Of a stretch of DNA of 64,000 nucleotides, positions 38,915-48,245 are shown one piece after another. How positions within the stretch are numbered: position 1 is the stretch's first letter; the number at the start of each line of letters is the position of its first letter. A program made the position numbers and the translations under genes. Under the pieces are notes generated by a model, which made no database searches, was not told the DNA's origin, and saw only the letters and a list, made by a program, of their open reading frames with translations. Location: contig JAICKR010000003.1 of the NCBI GenBank assembly GCA_025927835.1, forward strand, positions 32 to 64,031, in the 5' to 3' direction. Source of the stretch: Jatrophihabitans sp. Its GTDB lineage: Bacteria > Actinomycetota > Actinomycetes > Mycobacteriales > Jatrophihabitantaceae.

Positions 38915-40156
38915 TCAGACCCGCACCGGTCGCCGGGTCGTGACAGTCCCGAACGCGAGCGTCGCCGCGGCGACGACGGTGACGATCGTGGCGTAGCCGA
39001 GCGCGGTGTCGCGCAGCCCCGCGTCGGTGATGAGCAGACCCGCAACCAGCGCCGGGATGCTGAAGGCGAGGTAGCTGACGACGTAGATGGCCGAGATCAG
39101 CGCGGCGCGCTCGTGCGGCTCGGCGAGCTGGCTCACGGTGCGGAACGAGCCGAGGAAGGCCGGCCCGAATCCGGTGCCGGCCATCAGCGCGGCCGCCACG
39201 AAGACGGTGAGCGATGTCGAGACGAGCGCGAGCACGAACAGCAGCGCGCCGATGGACAGCAGCGAGGTGCCGCGGCGTTCCATCTCCTGCGGGGTGCGGT
39301 CGCGCAGCACGAGCGACGAGATCGCGGCGCTGCCGGCGAAGAGTCCGAGCACCAACCCGACGGCGGCGTGGTTGTGCTGCCCGAAAATCACGGCCAGCAG
39401 CGAACCGCCGACGGAGAACATCAGCCCGCCGAGCATCCAGGTGGACGCCATCGTCGGGACGGCGCGCACGAACGCGCGCCGCGCCGCGGACGGGACGGAG
39501 ACCTGCGGCCTCATGGCGGCGAGCGCACCGGCCTTGCGGTCGACTGTCTCGGGCAGCACCGCGGTGGCGAGCGCGAGCACGACGAACGCGGCAGTCAGGA
39601 TCACGAACACCAGCCGGGTCGGGTGCGGGCCGTACTGGATGAGCGTGCCGCTGAGCACCGCACCGACGCCGAGGCCGCCGGTCGCGGCGGCGCTGTTCAC
39701 CAGCGAGCCGAGCCGCGACCCGGTCGCCGGCTGCAGGTCGAGCAGGTACGCGCCGAGCACGCCGATGGCGGCACCGGTCGCGAAGCCCTGGACCAGGCGC
39801 GCCGCGTACAGCGCGACGACGCCGTGCGCGTCCAGGAAGACGGCCATCGCCGCGGCCTCGACGAGCAGCGCGGCGGCGAGCACCGGGCGGCGGCCGAGGT
39901 AGTCGGACAGCCGGCCGACCGTGAGCAGGCTCGCCAACAGGGCGAGCACGTAGGCGGCGAAGATCGCGGTCAGCGTGCTGGAGGAGAAGCCGAACTCCGC
40001 CTGGTAGACGGGATAGAGCGGGCTGGGCGCGCTCGACGCGGCGAGCAGCGCCGCAGTCGTCACGGCGACCAGCCAGAACGACGCGGCCCGCGGCAGGGCC
40101 GGCCGCGACGTGGCCGGCGTGACGGTCGGATGTGATGTGGCGAGCAGTGTTGCCAT
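38915..40156 (-). CDS. MFS transporter
   Basis: APSPLYPVYQ, GRLSDYLGRRP, about 12 TMs. Confidence 0.9.
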   Translation of the reverse strand: MATLLATSHPTVTPATSRPALPRAASFWLVAVTTAALLAASSAPSPLYPVYQAEFGFSSSTLTAIFAAYVLALLASLLTVGRLSDYLGRRPVLAAALLVEAAAMAVFLDAHGVVALYAARLVQGFATGAAIGVLGAYLLDLQPATGSRLGSLVNSAAATGGLGVGAVLSGTLIQYGPHPTRLVFVILTAAFVVLALATAVLPETVDRKAGALAAMRPQVSVPSAARRAFVRAVPTMASTWMLGGLMFSVGGSLLAVIFGQHNHAAVGLVLGLFAGSAAISSLVLRDRTPQEMERRGTSLLSIGALLFVLALVSTSLTVFVAAALMAGTGFGPAFLGSFRTVSQLAEPHERAALISAIYVVSYLAFSIPALVAGLLITDAGLRDTALGYATIVTVVAAATLAFGTVTTRRPVRV

Positions 40157-40175
40157 GGCGGGTCTCGATTCGACT

Positions 40176-40240
40176 ACCGTTCGAGTTGTATCGAACGGTC
40201 CAACCGAGACCCCTCGGCAATCGTTCCAAGAAAGTCGAAC
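40176..40240. promoter_or_regulatory. Two operator palindromes between the MFS and ArsR genes
   Basis: ACCGTTCGA-N6-TCGAACGGT (40176-40199) and GTTCCA-N6-TCGAAC (40223-40240). Confidence 0.7.
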
Positions 40241-40244
40241 TGTA

Positions 40245-40562
40245 ATGACCACCACAGCGCGTGAACTCCCCCACCCGGAGCTGGTCGAGGTGGAGCTTCC
40301 GGCGGTGCTGTTCGCGCTCAGCGACCCGGCCCGGCTCGACCTGATCCGTGAGCTGGCGGCGCACGGCACCCTGACCGTCGCGGAATGCCAGGCGCAGGGC
40401 CCGGACGTCCCGAAGTCGACGTTCTCCCACCATCTCAAGACGCTGCGCGAGGCGGGGTTGATCCGCAACGAGCCGGCCGGCCGGCAGCGCACCGTCACGT
40501 TGCGTCGCGCCGAGCTAGACGAGCGCTTCCCGGGGCTGCTCGACGCCGTCGTGACGAGCTAG
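40245..40562 (+). CDS. ArsR/SmtB-family regulator
   Basis: ALSDPARL, PKSTFSHHLKTLREAGLI, RFPGLL. Confidence 0.9.
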   Translation: MTTTARELPHPELVEVELPAVLFALSDPARLDLIRELAAHGTLTVAECQAQGPDVPKSTFSHHLKTLREAGLIRNEPAGRQRTVTLRRAELDERFPGLLDAVVTS

Positions 40563-40939
40563 CCGGCGTTCGGGCTACCGCGGTGCCGCCGCTCGACGAA
40601 GAAGCAGCCGAGCCGGTAATCGGGCAGCGGCTGTCCGGCGGACTCGACCTCTTTCTTGTGCGTGATGCCGGGCAACTCATCGGGACTGCCGTACTGGCAC
40701 CAGCCGACCGCGTCGTCACCGTCGAACACCAGCGCGGCGTGCGCGTTGCCCTCGCCGACCAGGCGCTCCTTGTAGCGGCGCCAGTCACCACCGCCCGCTT
40801 CGCGGCGCTCGGTCGAGGTGGCGTTGTGGAAGTAGCAACACCAGCAGCCGCCGAAGCCGCCGCCGTTGTTCCGCTCGCACAGCGCGGCGAACGCGCCCCA
40901 GGTCTGACTCGTGAGGGCTCTGATCTCGTACCCGGCCAC
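40559..40939 (-). pseudogene. GNAT acetyltransferase, 3'-truncated
   Basis: GGCWC, AVGWCQYG, CFFVERRHRG followed by a stop within the acetyl-CoA binding motif A. Confidence 0.65.
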
Positions 40940-40944
40940 GCCGG

Positions 40945-42168
40945 TCAGTGTGCCCCGACCGTCCGGCGCGGTCTATCCGGCGATGCCTCCGCGGCTCGTG
41001 ACTCACGCCGGTACCACGCGAGCGCGGCGATCGACAGCACGGCGACCACGGCGGCGAAGACGGCACTGGCGATGAGCGGATCGGTCGCGGTGGTGAGCAC
41101 GCCGACCCCGATGACGGGCAGCGCGTTGCCGACGAAGCAGGCGATGAGGTACGTCGATACCACCTCGGCACGGCGCTCGGCCGGCGCGATCTGGTTGACC
41201 ACCTGCAGGCTGCCCCGGTAACCGAGCGCCATCGCGACACCGGCGAACGCGGTCGCCAGCAGCAACACCGGCATCGAGTGGGCCGCCTGCGCGATCACCA
41301 CCAACGCGACGGCCGGCAGCAGCAGTGCGAGCCCGGCCGTCATCGCGACGGCGGGACGCAGCCCGCGGGCCAGCACGACCACCAGCGCCGAGATCGTGCC
41401 GAGTTCGAACACGATCAGGCCGGCGACGGCGACGTTTGTCTCGTGCAGATCGCGGATCACGACCGTGGGGATCAGCGCGAAGTACAGCCCACCGAGCGCG
41501 AAGCTCACGAAGCCGGTGACGGCCGGTGCCGCGAACGCTCGCATCCGGTCCCGGGGCACGCCGATGCGCGGACGAACCCGCAGCTCGCGCCACGCCGCGA
41601 CGCTGCGCACCTCGGCGTCCGGAGCGCGCGCGGTGGCGAGGGCGACCAGCGCGAGCAGGCCGAGATAGACGAGGAACGGCAGCTTCAGCGGCGCCGGCGC
41701 GTACTGCGCCAACAACCCGCCGAGCAGGGGCCCGACAGCGATCCCGATGAGGTTCGCGGTCGCGGCCGCGACCGTCGCGGTCGATTGTCGCTGCGCGCCG
41801 TAACGCTCGGCCAGCCAAGCCGTGCCGGTGCCGGACAGCACCCCGACCACGAGGCCGATGATCAGCCGACCCGCGAACAGCCATGCCGTGTCGTGCGCGA
41901 ACAGGAACACGAGTGCGCTCATCGCGGCCATTGCGAGCGCCGGGAAGGTGACGCGTTTGCGCCCGATCTGGTCCGAGATCTGCCCGAACACCAGCAGCGC
42001 GAGCACGTTGCCGACCACGTAGACGGCATAGATGAGGGTCAGGGTGATCTCGGAGAAGCCGAACTTGTCCTGATACAGCGGATACAGCGGGGTGACGATG
42101 ACGCTGCCCATGAACGCTGCGGTGATGATCGACGCAATCGCCGGGATGGCTGTGCGGTTGTGCATCAA
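40945..42168 (-). CDS. MFS transporter
   Basis: TPLYPLYQ, GQISDQIGRK, about 12 TMs. Confidence 0.9.
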   Translation of the reverse strand: MMHNRTAIPAIASIITAAFMGSVIVTPLYPLYQDKFGFSEITLTLIYAVYVVGNVLALLVFGQISDQIGRKRVTFPALAMAAMSALVFLFAHDTAWLFAGRLIIGLVVGVLSGTGTAWLAERYGAQRQSTATVAAATANLIGIAVGPLLGGLLAQYAPAPLKLPFLVYLGLLALVALATARAPDAEVRSVAAWRELRVRPRIGVPRDRMRAFAAPAVTGFVSFALGGLYFALIPTVVIRDLHETNVAVAGLIVFELGTISALVVVLARGLRPAVAMTAGLALLLPAVALVVIAQAAHSMPVLLLATAFAGVAMALGYRGSLQVVNQIAPAERRAEVVSTYLIACFVGNALPVIGVGVLTTATDPLIASAVFAAVVAVLSIAALAWYRRESRAAEASPDRPRRTVGAH

Positions 42169-42207
42169 TACTGCTTACCCACCTCGCCGCGGCGCCCCAA
42201 GCGAAAA

Positions 42208-42873
42208 TCAGCGCACGCCGGCCTCGTGGGCGAAGATTGCCGCCTGGACGCGGTCGCGCAAACCCAGCTTCATCAGCACCCGCGCGACATGTGTCTTCAC
42301 CGTCGTCTCACTGATCGTCAGCTCGGCCGCGATCTCGGCGTTGGACAGGCCGCGCGCCAGTACCCGCAGCACCTCGATCTCGCGCGCCGTCAACCCGCTC
42401 AGTGCCGGGGACGGTTCGCGCGGCGCGGCGCTGGCGAACCGTTCGATCAACCGGCGCGTCACGGCCGGGGCGAGCAGCGCGTCGCCGCCGCGTGCGGCCT
42501 GCCTGATCGCGACGAGGATGTCCTCACCGGGCATGTCCTTGAGCAGGAACCCGGCGGCGCCGGCGCGCAACGCCTCGTACACATACGCATCGAGGTCGAA
42601 CGTGGTGAGCATCAGTACGCGCGTCTCGGCACCGGACGCGACGATGTCTCGCGCCGCGGCGAGCCCGTCCTGACCGGGCATCTGGACGTCGAGCAGCAGC
42701 ACGTCTGGCCGCGCGGTAGCGACGAGTTCCACCGCGCCCGCGCCGTCGCCGGCCTCGCCGACGACGGTGATGTCGGGCTCGCTCTCGAGGATCATCCGGA
42801 TGCCGCCGCGCACCAGTTCCTGGTCGTCGGCGATCGCCACGCGAATGGCGGCGCCCCGCTGGGTGTCATTCAT
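42208..42873 (-). CDS. NarL/LuxR-family response regulator
   Basis: IADDQELVR, LLDVQMP, LTTFD, LTAREIEVL, TVKTHV. Confidence 0.93.
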   Translation of the reverse strand: MNDTQRGAAIRVAIADDQELVRGGIRMILESEPDITVVGEAGDGAGAVELVATARPDVLLLDVQMPGQDGLAAARDIVASGAETRVLMLTTFDLDAYVYEALRAGAAGFLLKDMPGEDILVAIRQAARGGDALLAPAVTRRLIERFASAAPREPSPALSGLTAREIEVLRVLARGLSNAEIAAELTISETTVKTHVARVLMKLGLRDRVQAAIFAHEAGVR

Positions 42874-44759
42874 CGGGACGCCAATTCCGCAGGCAGCCAG
42901 GCGTGCACCTCGAACCCGCCGTCGACGCACGGCGACCAGCTGATCCGACCGCCGCATGCCTCGACCCTGGCCCGCATGCCGGCCAGCCCATGTCCGCCGA
43001 GCGTGGCCGCCACCGGCACGTCGGTCGCACTGTTCGCGACGACGATCTCCACTCCGTCGCCGCCGTCGGTGATCGTCACTCGCGCGGGTGCGCCGGGTGC
43101 GTGCTTGATGATGTTCGTGAGCGACTCCTGCACGACGCGGTAGACCGCGAACCGGGCGCCGGGTGACAGCCGGCCGGCAACGTCCTCGACCCTCGCGTCG
43201 ATGCACAACCCCGCGGCGCGCGAGGTGGCCAGCAGGTCGTCGACCGTGCGCGGTTCGCCGGCCTCGTCCCGCTCGCCCGGCACGAACCCGCGGCGCAGCT
43301 CGGCGAGCCCGTCCTGCGCCACCCCTGCGATCGTGCGCAACACCTCGGCCGCGCGGTCGGGATCCGAGGTGCGGATGCGCCGGGCGGCGCCCGCCTGCAG
43401 CGCGATGACGGTGAGGCTGTGCCCTACCGCGTCGTGCAGTTCGCGCGCGACACCGAGCCGCGCCTCGGCTACCGCGTGTCGGGCCGCGGCGGTGCGCTGT
43501 GCGTCGAGCAGCTCGTTGTTCGCGCGCAGCTGCTCCACCAGCCGCGCCCGTTCGTGCAGAATCGCGCCCGCGATCCACGCGCACACGACGACTGCCCCGT
43601 TGTCCCGGACCGAGGCCGGCCCGAAGCCGACGAGCTCTGCGGCGATGCACACTGCGAGCCCGACGAGCGCCGGGCGTCGCGACGCGAGCGCGGCCACCGC
43701 GAACGGCGGCCCGAACGACAGCCCGATCGCGGTATAGCTGCCGTCCAAGGGCGCGACGACGACGTCGAACAGGGCGACCAGTACCCACATCGCAGCGACG
43801 AACAGCAGCGGCCGCAGCCACGCCAGCGCGAGCGGCAGCGCCACCGCGATACAGGCCAGCCACGCCAGCGGCTCTGGCACGTGCAGGTGCAGCGTGCGGG
43901 TCTCGACGAGCAGCCCCGCGCACAACGCGGCGCCGGCGAGCACCGTCCACGGCTGCGCTGCGTCGCCGAACGCCACCGGCACCGGTGCGGGTGCGACGGC
44001 GTCCGGTTCCGGTACCGGTTCGGTGAGGGCGACGACCTCCTTGCGCGTCTGCGACAACAGCTCGCGTGCGTCGTGCTCGATCCGCGCGACGTCCGGCTCG
44101 GCGCCCACGCCCGCCGCTGTCCGCGCAGCCAGCGACGTCATCCCCGACACGAGCGTCTCGTGGAAGCGCTGCGCCATGCGTAGCCGTTCGCCGGCCACCG
44201 CGGCGCCGATGTGTGCGCGGCGCTGCAGCTCGAGTTGCACCGCCTGCGCGCGGAGTTGGCGTACCAACGTGCTGCGGCCGCGCACGAGCCGCCCCGCCAC
44301 GATCGGCGCGGCACTCACGAAGATCGTGATGAACACTGCCGCGCTCAGCAGCGACTCGCTGCTGGGCTGGACGAGGTCGACGATCAGCACGAGCAGCGTC
44401 GGCTGCCACGCGCCCCACAGCAGTTGGCGCCGCGTGGCGTACGCGCCGAGCGAGTAGCTGACGACGAGCAGCGCGAAGACCGGCACCACCTGGTCACCGG
44501 ACGCGTGCGGCTCGAGCGCAGCCTGCGCGAGCGATCCGAACGTGCCGAAGGCGGTCATCAGCGACACGGTCAGCAGCGGCCACGACCTGCGCAACGCGAG
44601 GCAGCCGAACGTCAGTGCGCCCACCAGATTGCCCGCCAGCAACGCGTGCCGGTCGTGGTCGCGCAGCACCGCCTCGACGGCGACGGCGAGGACGAAGCCG
44701 AGCGCGAGCCAGCCGTCCACCGGTCTGATTCCGGCCCGCAGCCGCCGCAGCACCGGCAC
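42870..44759 (-). CDS. HisKA_3 sensor histidine kinase with duplicated TM/H-box module
   Basis: ARELHDAVGH, VQESLTNIIKHA, GHGLAGMRARV; extra ERLRMAQRFHE segment. Confidence 0.85.
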   Translation of the reverse strand: MPVLRRLRAGIRPVDGWLALGFVLAVAVEAVLRDHDRHALLAGNLVGALTFGCLALRRSWPLLTVSLMTAFGTFGSLAQAALEPHASGDQVVPVFALLVVSYSLGAYATRRQLLWGAWQPTLLVLIVDLVQPSSESLLSAAVFITIFVSAAPIVAGRLVRGRSTLVRQLRAQAVQLELQRRAHIGAAVAGERLRMAQRFHETLVSGMTSLAARTAAGVGAEPDVARIEHDARELLSQTRKEVVALTEPVPEPDAVAPAPVPVAFGDAAQPWTVLAGAALCAGLLVETRTLHLHVPEPLAWLACIAVALPLALAWLRPLLFVAAMWVLVALFDVVVAPLDGSYTAIGLSFGPPFAVAALASRRPALVGLAVCIAAELVGFGPASVRDNGAVVVCAWIAGAILHERARLVEQLRANNELLDAQRTAAARHAVAEARLGVARELHDAVGHSLTVIALQAGAARRIRTSDPDRAAEVLRTIAGVAQDGLAELRRGFVPGERDEAGEPRTVDDLLATSRAAGLCIDARVEDVAGRLSPGARFAVYRVVQESLTNIIKHAPGAPARVTITDGGDGVEIVVANSATDVPVAATLGGHGLAGMRARVEACGGRISWSPCVDGGFEVHAWLPAELASR

Positions 44760-44781
44760 AGCATAGGTCTGATCGTGATCT

Positions 44782-44809
44782 TCGGCGTCATCCTCTCGGA
44801 GGACGCCGA
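44782..44809. promoter_or_regulatory. Inverted repeat, possible response-regulator site
   Basis: TCGGCGTC...GACGCCGA overlapping the near-palindrome TCCTCTCGGAGGA, between divergent genes. Confidence 0.35.
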
Positions 44810-44922
44810 CGGGACGACCCAGGATCGCCCGCTACGCCGACGACGCAAGGCCCCGACCGTCCATATCGTCGATTCCGCCGCGCTCCAGGACGGGCCGGAA
44901 ACCGACATCGGGAGGAACCATC

Positions 44923-45507
44923 ATGACCACGGACCTGAGGATCGACCGCCGCGTCGCGGCGGGCTCGACGGTAGGGACGAGCCCGCTGCGCTGGGCGCAG
45001 GCGGCGCTCGCGCTGGGGGTCGCCTGCGGCATCGCGCTGGCCGCGTTGCTGGTGTTCACGACGACGACGTCCGAAGGCTCGTTCAAGCACACCGCGGACT
45101 ACTGGCTCACCGCGAACGGCATTCCCTTCGCCATCGCGCAAGGCGTGCTGCTCATCGCAGTGCACGTGCTGCAACGTGGTAGGGCCGGCCGGCTGGGGAC
45201 CGCCGGCCTGGTCGTGAACACGCTCGCGTTGATCGAACTGATCGCGCAGCTGAGTGCGAGCCTCGTGCTGGGCGAGGAGGTCCGCTGGGGCCCGAGCTAC
45301 CCGCTGGCTGCGGTCGCCACGTTCGTCGCGGTCGCGCTGTTCGCCGCCGGCTCGTGGCGGGTCGGGCTGCTGCCGCGCTGGATGCTCGCGATCTGGCCGC
45401 TGCTCACCGTGGTCGGTTCGTGGGCCGGTGTCGGCCCCACGCCACTGCTGCTGTCCGCGTTCTACGTAACGTCGGCCGTCGTCCTCACGCGCCGGGCGAA
45501 GGCGTAG
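44923..45507 (+). CDS. Membrane protein, likely target of the two-component system
   Basis: GGAGG RBS, 5-6 TM segments. Confidence 0.75.
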   Translation: MTTDLRIDRRVAAGSTVGTSPLRWAQAALALGVACGIALAALLVFTTTTSEGSFKHTADYWLTANGIPFAIAQGVLLIAVHVLQRGRAGRLGTAGLVVNTLALIELIAQLSASLVLGEEVRWGPSYPLAAVATFVAVALFAAGSWRVGLLPRWMLAIWPLLTVVGSWAGVGPTPLLLSAFYVTSAVVLTRRAKA

Positions 45508-45510
45508 CGC

Positions 45511-46698
45511 TCAGACGACGACGCCGCCCTGGATCACCGTTCGCGACCCGGCCCACAACACGGCCGGGTCGTCGAACGCGTTTCCGGGAACGACGAGCAG
45601 GTCGCCGGCGCAGCCCTCCTGCACCCGGCCGAGGTCGGACCGGCCCAACAGGTCGGCGTTCACCGAGGTGGCCGAGCGCAGCGCATCGAGCGGGCCGTCG
45701 ACCTCGATCTGCGCACGCAGGCCCTGCAACTGCTCGTCCTCGAGCGCGCCCATGAGATCGGTGCCGAAGCCGACCCGCACCCCCGCGGCGCGCGCGACCT
45801 CGACCGCCTTGCGGCCGGCCTCGAGCACCTCGTCGTTCTTGCGCTGCGACACCGCAGCCAGCCCCAGCTCGGGACCGCGCCGTGACATTGCGTCGTACGT
45901 CGCGAGTGTGGGCACGAGGAACGCACCGGCGGCGGCCATCACCTCGGCGGTCTCCACGTCGAGCAGATTGCCGTGCTCGATGCTGCGCACGCCGTTGGCG
46001 ACCGCGTGCCGGATCGACTCCGGCGAGTACGCGTGCGCGGCCACGTAGCTGCCGCGGCGGACCGCCTCGTCGGTGACGGCGCGGAGCTCCTCCGCCGAGT
46101 ACTGCGGCGGCCGGATCGGGTCGGTGGGCGACATGACGCCGCCGGAGGCGAGCACCTTGATCGCGTGCGCGCCGCGACGGAACCGTTCGCGCACCGCGCG
46201 GCGCAGCGCGTCGACACCGTCGACCACCTCGCACACGTGCGCGGCACAGCCGCACACCTCGCTGTCGGCCGGCCGCGCGTCGCCGTGCCCGCCGGTCTGG
46301 CTCAGCGCCGGGCCGGTCCACAGGTAGCGCGGCGAGCGGACGAGCCCTTCCGCGATCGCCCTGGCCAGTCCGGCATCGCCACCGGCCGGGTCGCGGACCG
46401 TAGTGAACCCGCGCGACAGCGTGGCCGAGAGCCGCCGCGCCGCGCGCAGGGCGACGTAGCTCAGCGGTCGGGCCTCGATGGAGAGCAGGTCGAGTTCGAT
46501 GCCGTACGCATGGCAATGCGCGTCGATGAGCCCCGGTAGCACCGTGCCGCCGTTCGCGTCGACGACCTGGTCGGCGGGCACCGGGTCGCCGACCGCGGCG
46601 ATGCGCCCGTCGACGATGTGCACCGCCGCTTCGACAGGTGCGTCGGAGACGCCGTCGAAGACGAGACCGTTGACGACCGAGAGGGTGCGGCTGGCCAT
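45511..46698 (-). CDS. Metal-dependent amidohydrolase (Xaa-Pro dipeptidase-like)
   Basis: PGLIDAHCH, GFTTVRD, SQTGGHGD, SIEHG, FGTD. Confidence 0.9.
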   Translation of the reverse strand: MASRTLSVVNGLVFDGVSDAPVEAAVHIVDGRIAAVGDPVPADQVVDANGGTVLPGLIDAHCHAYGIELDLLSIEARPLSYVALRAARRLSATLSRGFTTVRDPAGGDAGLARAIAEGLVRSPRYLWTGPALSQTGGHGDARPADSEVCGCAAHVCEVVDGVDALRRAVRERFRRGAHAIKVLASGGVMSPTDPIRPPQYSAEELRAVTDEAVRRGSYVAAHAYSPESIRHAVANGVRSIEHGNLLDVETAEVMAAAGAFLVPTLATYDAMSRRGPELGLAAVSQRKNDEVLEAGRKAVEVARAAGVRVGFGTDLMGALEDEQLQGLRAQIEVDGPLDALRSATSVNADLLGRSDLGRVQEGCAGDLLVVPGNAFDDPAVLWAGSRTVIQGGVVV

Positions 46699-46760
46699 CG
46701 CACCTTCCTACACCGCCGAGCGGTAGTCCCGCCGTGGCGCCGCCCGGCGATGTAGAAGGC

Positions 46761-47366
46761 TCAGCCTTCCGCGACCGGGCTGTCGTCGCCCACCCAGGCG
46801 AAGTCGGCGCTCTCCTGCTGGCCGGCCTCGGGTTTCACCGCCTGGTCGCTGATGAACGAGTCCAGCTTCGGCGGCTTCGGGCCGCCGTCGGGCATGTCCG
46901 GCTTCTCGTAGCCCGCGTCGCCGTGGGTGCCTGCGTGCTGGGCCGACGGGTCGTTGTTGAACCCGGCCTCGCTGTGTGGGTAGTTGCCGCCACCGGGCGG
47001 CGCGTTGCTCGCTGCCGTGTCGTGGAAGGTCACCGAGCGCTCGGTGAGCGGCACGGGCGCGCTGGCGGCATCGTGCTGCTCGGGCGTGTAGCTCCCCGCC
47101 TCGCTGTGCGGGGCGTCCGCGCCGCCGTGCAGGCTCGCCATGCTGCTGCCGAAGAACCCGCCGAGGCTCGACTTGGACAGCCGCGCGTCAAGCTGCTCGA
47201 CGCCCGCGCCGGACTCGTCGCTCGACAGCGACTGCAGCTGCGCGATCTCGTCAGCCGTCAGGTCGAGGCCGGCGACGACAGCCGGGTCGTTGCTGCGCAC
47301 TCCCTCTCTGAACTCGGGATCCGTCGCCATACGGATCACCGCATCGCGCGCGGCCTGTTCGGAGAT
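46761..47366 (-). CDS. Protein with NHLP-clan (RiPP leader-like) N-terminus and acidic/His repeat tail
   Basis: SEQAARDAVIRMATDPEFRE...LDLTADEIAQL...EQLDARLSKS; GGAGGT RBS precedes an ATC codon; alternative ATG at 47330. Confidence 0.6.
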   Translation of the reverse strand: MSEQAARDAVIRMATDPEFREGVRSNDPAVVAGLDLTADEIAQLQSLSSDESGAGVEQLDARLSKSSLGGFFGSSMASLHGGADAPHSEAGSYTPEQHDAASAPVPLTERSVTFHDTAASNAPPGGGNYPHSEAGFNNDPSAQHAGTHGDAGYEKPDMPDGGPKPPKLDSFISDQAVKPEAGQQESADFAWVGDDSPVAEG

Positions 47367-47457
47367 GGTTACCTCCGCCGGGTGCTGATCACCGCAAGCG
47401 GGACGCCTGCGTTGCGGCGACGGTGACACGCGGCCCGCGCGCAGGCAGCGCGGTCGA

Positions 47458-47489
47458 CACCCCACCATTTGGCGGGGGCACCCGACCAT
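47458..47489 (-). repeat. 11-bp direct repeat with 21-bp period
   Basis: ATGGTCGGGTG and ATGGTGGGGTG upstream of the NHLP-like gene. Confidence 0.55.
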
Positions 47490-47522
47490 CGCTACATGCT
47501 GGGGCGCGGCCGACCGCCCTGG

Positions 47523-48236
47523 CTACGCATCTGTGCCGGCGAGGAACGGCACGACCGCGGCGCATACCGCGTCCCGGTCGCCGGGGTCGACGGCGATGCG
47601 GTGCCCGCCGTCGAGCAGGACGAGGCGTGAATCGGGTAGGCCGCGGTGCATCTGCTCGCCCAGCTGCAGCGGCACGACCACATCGGCGCGCCCGTGCACG
47701 ACGATCGCGGGTTGGGTGATCTCGGCGAGCCGGTCGGCGCAGCTGAACAGGGTGCTGGCCCAGAACTGGGCGCGCTGGGCGTGCGGTGGCTGATCGTGCG
47801 GCCCGGTCCCGCCCCGCGCATGGTTGAGCATCATCCCGGCCCACAACCGCGCCCGCAGCACGGGATTCGCGACCCGCGCGCTCGTGGAGATCAGCGCAAG
47901 CCGGCCGATGCGCTCCGGCTGGTCGAGCGCGAGGCACAGCGCGATGCGCCCGCCCATCGAGATGCCCAGCACGTGTGCGCGCTCCACGCCCAGGCTGTCC
48001 ATCAGTGCGAGCGTGTCGCGGGCCATCTGCTTGATCGAGTACCGCCCGCGCGGGGCGGACGTGCGCCCGGCGCCCCGGTTCTCCAGTGCGATCACCCGGA
48101 AGCGCTGCGCCAGCACGTCGATCATCGGCTGGAGGTCGTCGATCGTCTGCGAGGTGCCGCCGATGACGAGCAGTGGCGTGCCGTCGCCGGACGACTCGTA
48201 GTACATGTCGACGTCGGCGAGCGTGGCTAGCGGCAC
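47523..48236 (-). CDS. Alpha/beta hydrolase
   Basis: GISMGG nucleophile elbow, HGRAD, GGH. Confidence 0.88.
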   Translation of the reverse strand: MPLATLADVDMYYESSGDGTPLLVIGGTSQTIDDLQPMIDVLAQRFRVIALENRGAGRTSAPRGRYSIKQMARDTLALMDSLGVERAHVLGISMGGRIALCLALDQPERIGRLALISTSARVANPVLRARLWAGMMLNHARGGTGPHDQPPHAQRAQFWASTLFSCADRLAEITQPAIVVHGRADVVVPLQLGEQMHRGLPDSRLVLLDGGHRIAVDPGDRDAVCAAVVPFLAGTDA

Positions 48237-48245
48237 GCCGCGAGC

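Noticed and set aside
42170-42205. SigF-type promoter (GGGTAA) before the second MFS gene
   Set aside because: The -10 element is present but there is no convincing -35 at the right spacing
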